From positions 310,001 to 374,000 of the forward strand of contig NW_026929448.1 of the NCBI RefSeq assembly GCF_032062105.1: a stretch of 64,000 nt of DNA. The letters run 5' to 3'. The translations under genes were made by a program, and so were the position numbers. Origin of the DNA: Saccostrea cucullata. Lineage: Eukaryota. The notes beneath the pieces were generated by a model, which saw only the letters and a program-made list of their open reading frames with translations, was not told the DNA's origin and did not search any database. Positions within the stretch are counted from its first letter, which is position 1; every line of letters starts with the position of its first letter. This document shows positions 39,664 through 50,800 of the stretch, piece by piece.

Positions 39664-40929
39664 TGGCCGGTTGCGTACCTTTGGTTCAGATAAGTACAGC
39701 TCAGTGGTTGATCCGTGGATCACGTAAGCCGGGTTTAAACCCCAGTTGAGTCGGGTTTACCTGAGTCGCATTTCCGTTGCACGCTATAAAACTGAGTAAG
39801 ATTTACCTAATCTTGACTTACTCCTATAAAATGTTGAAGGATAATAGGTTTCCTAATATTACAGCACTTTAAATCAAGTTTTAATTCTAGTAACTGGTTG
39901 AAAATTAAAAGGATATATTAAAAAACAATGATATATATTGATGTTAAGTTGTAAATTGTTAATGCTGAAAAAAAATGCAATACAATTTACAGGATTTAAT
40001 TCAAATCACAGCGTCTTTCATCGAAATTCAAACCATAAGAAAATATAAAAACGCAAAAAGAATACAGCTTTTGCAAAAGACTGAATAGAAGAAAACATGG
40101 ATGGGGTCTTTGGAATATTAGTAAGTAATTTAGAAACAAAATCAAAACACAATACATGTATGCAGGTAAATGATAAAGGGAAAATGTATAAATTTAGATT
40201 TTTAGTTTAAATTCAAATGAAAAAAAAACTTTATAAGACATTATTTTTGAGAAAACACTTATTATTATCTACATGTTTTCTATAGAATTTTATACAGCGA
40301 CAATTTATAGGGGACGAACATACTCTCCTCCCCCTTGCCCGGTCCCTTCGGCCCTAGCTGTAGATAGCCTGATTCACTGATAACTGAAAGAAATTCGGCA
40401 TTATTAGAAATTATTGGAATGTGTATCATCAGCTGTTCGAAAGTGTAAAATTCGTAATTTGATTTAAATTTGGTATGTTAGAAAGTTTCTATAAAATTCC
40501 TATTTATGTACATTTATGCATTTAAATTAAAGTATCTTCCAAAACTTTATACTACATATAAATCAGTGTTAAAACGGCTGATTGAAAAGTTGTTTAAGAG
40601 GTGTTCCCAAAAAATAAATCAACATGCAACATGGACAAATAATTATTTTGTAGAATAGCTTTTTTGATACTGCAAAATATATCAACGCAATCATAATTGC
40701 CATAAAACATTTCTGCAACATCGAAATATTTCAAAATATCGAAATATTCTACCCAAAAATACATTGAAACCTTGTAAAGCTGGGTTTAAACCACCTCTAC
40801 ACCAGGTTCAGAATTTACCGTAATTCTGAGCCGTACTCAGCCAATCCTTACATGCGTGCAACGCGAAAACTTAGATTTAAACCCGGAATCATTGATCGTA
40901 GGTTTAAATCTGAGATACGCAACCGACCA
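39664..40929. mobile_element. Non-autonomous PIF/Harbinger-type element (1266 bp) in pol
   Basis: TIR TGGYCGGTTGCGTAYCT; TTA TSD (39661-39663, 40930-40932); removal restores the reading LKDLVLECLH. Confidence 0.9.
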
Positions 40930-42077
40930 TTAGTGTTAGAGTGTCTCCATGTCATCAAGGTATAGAAAGAACATTCAATATGATTCGACAGCGGTGTTAT
41001 TGGCCAAAAATGTTTCTGGATATTAAAAACTACTGTAAAAAATGTGACCGTTGTGCAATATCCAAGATACCACCCAAAGTGCATACTAGTATGAGACACC
41101 TTACAGCATCCGAACCACTGGAGTGTTTAGCGATAGATTTTTCTGTGTTGGAAAAAGCGCAAGGTTTTGAGAATGTTTTAGTGATCACAGATGTTTTCTC
41201 TAAGTGGACTATAGCCGTTCCGACACGAGATCAGACAGCCCAAACAGTAGCCAGAGTGTTAGTGAACGAGTTTTTCTTTAAATTTGGAGTATGTAAACGT
41301 ATACATTCAGACCAGGGAAAGTGTTTTGAAGCGGAGATTATTCAGCAACTGTGTACCCTTTACCGTATTAAAAAGACAAGAACGACAGCGTACCATCCTC
41401 AAGGAAACGGACAGTGCGAGCGCTTCAACAGGACGCTACACGATTCACTCCAATCTCTACCCCCAGCGAGGAAGCGGAAGTGGCCGGAATACATCAAGGA
41501 GCTTGTGTTTTCGTACAACGTGACACCTCATTCGTCAACCGGATATTCACCCTATTACCTGATGTACGGACGCGACCCATACCGGCCGATAAATTTCCTA
41601 TTAGGACGGAACACCAATCTTCCAACCGACGACATCAGTCTGGACCGGTGGATTGAACTTCATTCGGAAAAGTTACAATTCGCGTACAACAGGGCAAAGG
41701 CAGAGATTCAGCGGAACGAAGATGAGCGGAGACAGAGACACGATGCAAAAAAAGTGAATGATGAGTTGCAGATCGGTGACCGTGTATACGTAAGAAACAG
41801 AGGGATCAAAGGACGCGTTAAGATACAAGATAAGTGGAGACCAGAAGTGTTCACCATTGTTGGAAAACCCTTTCCATCCGTATACAGTGTGCGTTTGGAA
41901 AACGACCAGAAACGTGAACAGACAGGAGTTGAAGCCAATTCATCAGTGATTGTGGTTCTGAATATGTGTGATAAAAAGTTATTTCTTGTTCTGTGAAATG
42001 GAGGAATTCAATTGATTCGTGTTTATTAGTATGCGAATTTGATATTATTATAATCTGAGGACAGATTAACTATTTTC

Positions 42078-42087
42078 CAGGGGAGTA
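42078..42087 (+). promoter_or_regulatory. Polypurine tract
   Basis: AGGGGAG directly before the 3' LTR. Confidence 0.7.
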
Positions 42088-42741
42088 TGTGATATTATGA
42101 AATCTATTTCTATATGTATTTATTCGTTTTTATTTATTTTTTCAAATCGTTTTGAGAAATAAAATCTTAAAATTTGATTTACCAAAAGTTCTATTGCGCA
42201 CCTGGATTGAGTTGCCTGAGTAAAGTTTATTCTATAATTTCATTGGCTGTTTCATTTGATTGGTTATTTCCTATTTTATCATCCAATAATACATTTTCAT
42301 TATAAGTATAAATTTACCGCGCTTTACTTTGTATATCAGAGCAGTAATACGTTTTCCAGAAAGAAGTTATATTTTAAATCCAGTGTCCATCATATGCATC
42401 TTATGGTATGTAATTTGTATATTTAACAATATGTTTCATTGCCATATAAAGATTTGAATTACGTTATTATTTTGATTGCAAACGTTTTACTTTATTGTAT
42501 TTTTGCATTCGAAGTTGTAAATGAAATGAGTCTTTAAGGTTTAAATTTGAATTGTTTACAGAACACATTTTTTCATGGAGCTCATTTTTCTGAAACGTAT
42601 ACTGTAAGGTAAATTATCTCATATGTTATTTTCTCAATTTTTGTAATTTGACTTATTATGTACTTTGTTTATTTTAGATCAATGCCTTTATTTCCTGAAT
42701 AAATTATGAAAACTTAACATCTGCCTTGCTGCTCGGTTACA
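42088..42741 (+). repeat. 3' LTR (654 bp)
   Basis: Direct repeat of 29514-30168. Confidence 0.97.
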
Positions 42742-42904
42742 CTTGCAACAGAGAGGAGGTTAAACTATTAAAAAGCAAGGATTTATTTTACACTGTCTTC
42801 ATCAGTAGAGATTATTATATTTAATTAATATTTTCAAAGACCGTATGTTTACACTAATGTAGTTTCGAATATTTTTTTTTTGAAATAAAGTTATTCAATA
42901 AGTA

Positions 42905-44105
42905 CAGAGCCCGTTGAGGTCAATTGCAAAACATTGTGTTTAATCGCAATAATTATTGAGCTTAAACGCAAAACATTGCGATTATTCGCAATGATCATTG
43001 TGTTTAAACGCAAAGCACTTTGCGTTTAATAGCAAAAAAAAGAGGAAGTCCATGATGCTTCTCTGTTGATGGAGTTGTTACACCCTGTCTATTTATACTT
43101 TAACATTGTGAGAAGACCTGAATAAGGCACATAACAGTTGGGGATGGACAGAAAAGGTTTACAATATTAACTAATACGTAAGACCTGCATAAGGCAGTAA
43201 GTTTAGATAGAGAGAGGTGGCTTACAACATAAGTGGGGGAAGTGCCAAGATGCAGCAGTACTCGTAGAGTGGCAGGACTAGAGAAATTCAATGCGGAAGA
43301 CACCCTTTGACCACAGTTAGTGGTTTTCCAATCAAGAAAAAAACGTTTATATTTGTATTATAATTGTACAAATGGATTTGGTTAACAAAAGAAAACATAC
43401 TTAACAAGTTAACGAACTTAAGTGTAACGTCTTGGTGATACAAGCCATATCACCAAACACCAAGTTCGGCCACATTGTACGTTACACAACTGATAAAATG
43501 TTTCAACTCACTTTCCTTTGATCACATACAGTAAACACCAGAATTTATGAGATGGAATCATATTAAATCAAAAATAAATCAAATGAAAAAAGATTGGCTG
43601 ATGTACATGTATTCTACCAAATTGATATGTCTATTAATACCACTGAAACATTCTTTATTAGCTGTGATACCTAAGGAATTGCTTAATGGCTGCGTTAAAA
43701 GTGTTGAGTTCTAAAAGCTTTAAAAGACTTGGTTGTAAGAATCCACTTGTTAAACTTAAAATCTCACAAACTGCAACATTTTCAAAAAGACAAAATACCA
43801 AACGGCTCTTCTCTAAAGAATCGGACCGTAGTATTTATCATAATCTTTGCATTTAAATACAAAGAATTTGCCATTAAACGCAATATTATTGCGATTAAAG
43901 GCTAAAAAATTGCGTTTAAACGCAAAAATATTAATGAGTTTAAACTAAAAAATGAATGAGTTTAATCGCCAAAGTACTTTGCGGTTAAACGCAATGATGA
44001 TTGCGATTAATCGCAATATTTGGTGTGCGTTTAAATGCAATAATTATTGCGATTAGAATCAATAAAAAATATTTCTCGATCTGAACTGGCCTCAACGGGC
44101 TTCAG
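42905..44105. mobile_element. TA-flanked TIR element with subterminal TTAAACGCAA repeats
   Basis: CAGAGCCCGTTGAGGTCA versus CTGAAGCCCGTTGAGGCCA (reverse complement); TA on both sides; interrupts arm B of the long inverted repeat. Confidence 0.7.
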
Positions 44106-44351
44106 TAAAAAAGGTAGGCGGAAGAAGATTTTTATCCATAAATCTAAACTACAGGTTTATGAAAATATCTACATGTAGGCCTATTTTATTATATAATGCA
44201 AAATTATTTACATTCATAATTTGCATTGGCACTATAAAATAATTATTACAGTTAGATATAAGATTTTTAATTGGAAAGGTAAATGTTTTACGAGTACCAT
44301 GCTAAAAAAGTAATCCATGCAACCTCCAAATAAAGCTTAACAATGTATAAA

Positions 44352-44562
44352 CGGTAAATCACTATTTTGTTTTCCCGAGAACTTAATTTCCGCACAATTA
44401 CGCAAGGCCATCAGCTCGCGAAAATGTCATTCTCGCCTTTAATAGTATCTCTTGCGATTATATAGAGGAAAAACAACAATTCGTGAAAACTATCTCTTGT
44501 TTATGAAAAGTCAATGACTATCTCGCCAAAATAAGGTGTTGCGAAAATTTAGTGATCTACAG
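44352..44562. mobile_element. Short MITE (CGGTAAATCACTA / TAGTGATCTACAG); related copies near 20790-20980 and 3206-3396
   Basis: Imperfect TIR; CGCGAA-type internal motifs; absent from arm A. Confidence 0.5.
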
Positions 44563-45462
44563 TAGTGAAAATTATGCTACCATTCTTTCGTATCTTATCA
44601 ATGTGAAACAATGTGAATAATAATTGCGGAATATATTAAAAAATTACCGGTAGTTTTTAATTTATAAATAAGTTAACAAAACAGTACATTTATTTTAGAA
44701 AAAAAAAAACAGTTGAAAACACCGGGAATTGTGATTTATTTATTATATTTTTTTATTTTCCTTGTGTTAACCTGGCCGATTATTGTTTATAAAATGGTAT
44801 AAAAACCCGCGCTTTCAATCGCCTTAGAGCAAAAAATAAGTGCATGTTATTTGGGTATACGTATCAGCGTTTCACATTATTGAACAAGTTGGTCAACAAT
44901 GACCCTAATTTCAATCTACCCGCATGTGTTACACAAATAAAATTGAAAAATGAAACGTGCATGAACTTCTATCTTGGTTAATTTATTTTAAACAGAATTT
45001 GAGGGTTCCACTCTGGTGATTTACAGATGTACATTCTAACATTTACAAATAAAACACTTAAAACTGATTATTATAAAGATAGAGAAATTAACAATAATTA
45101 CATTGCAATGTCAGTAAAGATAATCATGACTGAAAAATAACAATTCGTACAACACTGAGTAAGCCGCCTGTGTAGTTTACTTGAACAATGACTGTTCCAA
45201 CATTTCTATATACAATGACATATTCATCTTAAAAACAATAGATAAAAAAATTAATTTAACTTTGAATAATTTTTAAAACAGATATAAATAAAAACAATAG
45301 AATATTTTCTTTGTTTGTTTGTATGGAAATTAACGTCGCAGCAATTACTGTAAAAAAATTACTTGTGTATTTTTTTCTGCAATAGCTTCGACATTAATCC
45401 CCTTACTAACAAAGAAAGCATTTTTTTAAAATAAGTATTTCATGATATACATTTAAATGAAA

Positions 45463-46127
45463 CATATGGAGATAACGAAAAGTATTCAATATCAAAGGTC
45501 CAGAAAACAATACATGATAGGAGCAGAGCAAGAAGGAACTGACGTTTTTCATACTTATTGTATGGTAATTTCCATCCCTTCTTCGAAACGTGAGCATGAT
45601 ATAAAAGATACCATAGAGTCCGACACTTCTGCTTCATACTTAGTTATCTCTTACTTATACAGCGACATACCTTCATCAACTACATACGGAGTATGTCTCA
45701 GTTGATTTGATACGCAAGAGCATGATCTGCGTATGAACAATTTCTAAAACGAGGTAAATTATTGACAAGCAAGTTGATGAAACAAGAATATCAGCAGTCT
45801 CGTTTAAAGTCATCATTTCGTAAATTCTATGGTCAATACAATACCCTTGTCAGCAAATACAATTTATCATTGAGTCAAATCATGACTGACGTTTTTCATA
45901 CTAATTGTTTGTCCATTATTTATACACTAAGTTGGCGACGGAGTTTTTCCGTTATTTCCTGTTCATGACAAGGAGCAAACGGCTAGCGCGACTGGTCGGC
46001 AGGGGATGCTCACTCCGCCATGGCACTTGGCCCCACCACTGATGTTTCGGGGGTCCGTGTTTGCTCTCTCTTATTTTGTATTGTTGCATGAACTTTTAGA
46101 TTGAATACTGTTCATTATCTCCATATC
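45463..46127 (+). mobile_element. Truncated Penelope-like retroelement remnant with an inverted copy of its tail at the 5' side
   Basis: Decayed RT C-terminus IKDTIESDTSASYL...IPSS..YGV..SQLI*YARA..KLMKQEY..SFRKFYG; 45463-45535 is the reverse complement of the 46060-46127 tail. Confidence 0.65.
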
Positions 46128-47821
46128 CTTCCCTTAGTCCATTATTTAAACACTATATTTACGACAGTGTTTGCAGATTTGATGAATTTAGGTATACTCT
46201 TTCATCAAATATTTTCATTTTAAAGTTATAATGCTTATCTGTTAAAGAATTGAAGGGATGAGCTAACATTAAAGAAAATATAGAAATATTAAATGATATT
46301 TGGTTTGGGAAGAATTTTGGTTAACATTTTATGCAGAGTGCCATTTACTGCCCATCGCTTCAGTTTTAAACAACAGCAATTTTGACCTGTAAAAGCAATA
46401 CTTGTTCAGGCTTGCATGAAGTTGAAATTGAAGTTGTAAAGTATTCAGCGGGCAAAAGGTTTATATAGAGTTCTATGGGATAAATAATAAGAACTGGTTC
46501 CCGTATGATTTATCTCAAAGTTTTTCTTGATTTATTATAAGAGGTCTTTGACACTCAAAGTAATCAATATTACTTATCAAACCCATACTTTATAAAGAAA
46601 ATTTTGTATTTTCTGTCCATTGAATACAATTTAAAACAAACTTTAATCCATTTCTGCATCTATTTTCTTTCTGTATTGGTGAATCTACCCTTTGAAGGAG
46701 TTTGATTATCCATTTAAAATATGTTTTATTCGCTTGATAGCGTTGAGAATTCCACATGAGAGTTCACTGTCAATCACTACTTTACACTTGAGAAAAAGCT
46801 GAAGTATCAAACCTTCTTTCCGGAAAACCATGCCTTGCCAATCACCCTAATTATCGTTTTTTTCACATTTATGATGATAAATGCGTTTTCAACGATCAGA
46901 TCGTAACAATTACAATTAAACTTGCAGCAACGTATGCATATACTAAAGGTCATGCAATCTATAATTCCACGCTTTCACCTTTCATGCATCAAGCACAAGT
47001 CACAATACAACAAAAATCATATAAAATACATACTAGAATCATAACCGCACAAGAAATAAAATGATACTCCAGATAACAGTAAGACTGAAGCCTCTCCCAA
47101 TTATGGGCACTCTTCATTGATGAAATAAATAGTAGAATGTCAATATACAAGGTCATTCATAAAAATATTCTTGACAATTCAATTTTTAATAATAGCAAAC
47201 TCAGCGAGCGTTGCTTCGCGACGCTCACGAAGCGAGCTCGAGACTAACGTGTAAGAACAGAGGATGTTTGGAATTGTATATACGTCAAGCAAATTTTGTT
47301 GTTAAAAATTCCCAGAATTCCTTTACTACCCAATGTCCTTTGCGCGAATAAATAAATAAATAATAACGTAAAGCATTAAAACCTTTCAGGAGGTGAACGG
47401 ATGTTCAGCAAGCAATTTGCACATCAAGTGAGTGGTGAACTAAAAGATTTTCTCATTTTTCAGCAAGTTAAGATTTTTCCTCAAATTCATTAAAAATCAT
47501 ATCTGAGACAGTTTGTAGAAATATTTCAAAGAGACAATAAATAACTCTGCAATGTTTTCCAACCAAAATCCACTAGATCTGTAGTTTCAACCAAACGCTC
47601 GACTGTCTCCGTAAGCTCCGAGGAGCTCCGTGATGTTGCATGACGTCACAGCTAGCTGAGATGTCTCGTGCCACTTGATGTTTGAAGTAGCTTTTCAAGT
47701 TTTCAATGTTTTTGATGGTCACAACTGCGCTCGCCCAAATGGCCACACTGTAAAACATATTAAAACTGTAATAAACATGAACACAGCTTAAAGAAACCAA
47801 AATATACTTTTCCTTTCCCGA

Positions 47822-50800
47822 TTAGTCATCCCGTTTTCGTTTGCGTGATGTCCATCGTAATTCACTGATCACATCATTTCTGTCTATAAATGTCAATGCA
47901 TTGCAAATCATCTGTCGGTTTAACATGTAACGACATTCCTCCTGTATCTTTGTAAGTGATATATATATTTTATCCTGTATCTTCAAACCATCTGCTTCCA
48001 TTTGTTCGATATATCTTTGAGCAAGCCCCAAAAAGCGGACAAAATAAGTGTAGTCTTTTGAGAGATATTCAGACAATGTTTTGAATTCCGTTGTTGAAAC
48101 ATTCTGATCAGGGCTAATCACGCCACTACAAGTATAGTCTGTGGTATTAAATGTTTTAATGTATTCCGCAGCTAGTCCTTGACCTTCTCTCTGTAGAATG
48201 CTCTCTAATTCTCGCAAGTGATCAATGTGTGCATTCTTGGATTTCCATTGGTACAAGATTCTGAATACCTTCTCCTCAAAACTGAGTGTGGGGGATACAT
48301 CAACATTGACTTCAAATAGACCCTCCAATAGACTGATTCCTATGCCTCGGATTTTTCTTGAAACTGCATTAAGAACCAGTTCAACAGCTGGAAAATAAGA
48401 GTATGCAAAATAATGTTAGACGAAATTTCTCCTTTATATTGATGTCTTTAAATAAAATACAAGACATCACACATTTAAGTGAGTTAAAAATACCAGTTGG
48501 AGAACTGGACTCAATTCCTCTTGAACACACACATTATGAAGAAAAGTTTTTTACTGAAAAGAACATTTCCATCATGAATGTGTTACAAGTGTCTATGAAA
48601 CATGAAGATAACTTAGAGTAATTGATCCCAAAGATATATTGTTAATACTATGAGCAATTCTACTACGATTACTGTCGAGATCAAAGATATACCGCGGACA
48701 TTATTCTTCAATAAATCACAAACGTCATTAAAAAATTACCGGTATCAGATCAGAAACACGTATAAAACCTGTGCAATTGAAATGTACATTTGACTCTAGA
48801 ATGAAATAAATATCTAGACAACATCAATATGTCGTATTTTGCAATTTAAACAGTGTATATTGCAGAAAGTAGCTGGTGAATGTAGTTTTCTAAAGTGAAG
48901 CGGGATAGTTTCACTGACCTCCCTACGCCATATTTAAACTCCGTGATTTTAGTTATAAAGTAATGAAATAGGAAACTGACTTTGTTATTGTATATTCCAG
49001 AAGATTAATCTATATGAGCCACTAAAAGATTTATATTTAATACAAGAGGCACACGGGCCTTATAGGTCACCTGAGTATTATGCAACAACTTTAAAACAAT
49101 TAAATTTGGTTCGTGTTTTAAACCCATGACATTCGCAATTCACAATTTTGAAAGAGGCACCATTGCTTATCATAATTAAAGACTTGGCATGCTTACTCTA
49201 TTTACTTAATACCTGGGGAAATATCAGAGTAATATTAAGAGAAAATGCACTTCCACTTTATACCAAGTTGTGCACCTCATCCCACCTGATCCTGGGGCCA
49301 AATATTTCAAAATTTTGCAATATTTATCATAAAATGGTTGATTAATACCAAAGAGCAGATTTCAAAGCATTAATTTATTTTTAGACTTTGTAACCCCCCC
49401 CCCCTCAACCCATACCCGAGGGGGTGGGGCATAAAATTAATACCCAGAAGTAGAGAAGAAGATTTTCAAAGAATAAATGCATTTTCATTATATTACCAAT
49501 AGAGCCCCGCCTAAACACTTAAGAACCCTTGACCCTGGGGTAATGAAATTCACAATTTGGTAGAGGCACTCTTGCTCATCATAACTATGTGCTTGGTAAG
49601 TTTATTTAATACCCAGAAGAAGAGAAGAAGATTTTCAAAGAATAAATGCATTTTCACTATATAACCAATAGAGCGAGCCCCGCCCTAACACCAGAACCCC
49701 TGACGCTGGGGTCATAAAATTCACAATTTTGGCAGAGGCACTCTTGCTCATTATAACTATTTACTTAGTTTATTTGATACCCAGAAGTACAGAAGAAGAT
49801 TTTCAAAGAATAAATGCATTTTCACTATATAACCAATAGAGCCCCGCCCTAACACCAGAACCCCTAACCCTGGGGTCATAAAATTCACAATTTTGGTAGA
49901 GGCACTATTGCTCATCATAACTATGTGCTTGGTTAGTTTATTTCATACCCAGGAGCAGAGAAGAAGATTTTCAAAGAAATCATGCATTTTCACTATATAA
50001 TCTATATAGCACCGCCCTAGCACTAGAACCCCTGACCCTGGGGCCATGAATTTCACAATTTTGGTAGAGGACTCAATGTTCATTACATTTATGTCAACAG
50101 TTTGCCTGCTTGATGTCCAGGAGTAAAGAAGGAGATTTTTAAAGAATGATCTAATTTTAGTGGTTTTGGCCCCACCCCTCAGGCCCCAAGGGGACAGGGG
50201 CCATGAATTTCACAATATTTGTTTCCCTTCACACATAGATGTTTTGTACCAAAATTGGCTGAAATTGGTTTTGTAGTTTCGGAGAAGAAGCTGAAAATGT
50301 TCAAATTTCAGTACATAATCAATATAGACACCCCCACCCCAAAACTCTTCACCCCAGGGCAACAAGTTTCACAATTTTGAAAAAGGCACCTTGATCATCA
50401 TAACCATGCACCTAGTTTATTTGCTTTACTCACAGGCGGAAAGAAGAAGATTTCTAAGAATTTTACATTTTCAATATATGATCAACAGAGCCCCGCCCTA
50501 ACTCCAGAACCCCTGACCCTGGGACCATGAATTTCACAATTATGATAAAGGGCTCAATGTTGATTAAAATTATGTCAACAGTTTGACGGCTTGATGTCCA
50601 GGAGTAAAGAAGAAGATTTTCAGAGATTGCATCAATTTTATTGGTTTTGGCCCCATCCCTCAGGCCTCAGGGGGGCAGGGGTCATGAATTTAACAATTTT
50701 TGTTTCCCTTCACCCATAGATGCTTTGTGTTAAAATTGGCTGAAATTGGTTTAGTAGTTTCAGAGAAGAGCTGAAAATGTTCAAATGTTAGCACACGACA

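Larger units (their letters stand above)
36964..41996 (+). pseudogene. pol: Gypsy Pol (protease, RT, RNase H, integrase), disrupted
   Basis: LVDTGS; MPFGL..APATFQ; FLDD; ETDAS; TDNNPL; HHCC and D,D-35-E integrase. TGA at 38887-38889, MITE at 39664-40929, frameshifting deletion near 40950, probable frameshift near 41910. Confidence 0.95.
29514..42741 (+). mobile_element. Full-length Ty3/Gypsy LTR retrotransposon with nested insertions
   Basis: Two TGT...ACA LTRs; CTTG TSD (29510-29513, 42742-42745); PBS; PPT; gag and PR-RT-RH-IN order. Confidence 0.97.
24080..44720. mobile_element. Long inverted-repeat pair (arm A about 24080-24850; arm B about 29370-29513 + 42746-42900 + 44107-44720) hosting the Gypsy element
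   Basis: Collinear reverse-complement blocks: GCAAGTAAACAAAACAAC, GGGGCGGAGCTATCATGTC, CCAATTAAAAATCTTATATCTAACTGTAATAAT and others; outer termini not resolved. Confidence 0.65.

Noticed and set aside
33993-41938. Antisense and alternative-frame ORFs overlapping the transposase and pol
   Set aside because: Shadows of real coding sequence with no independent motifs
43100-43310. Possible tyrosine-recombinase remnant (HSTSTAASW-like)
   Set aside because: Too short and interrupted by stops to support
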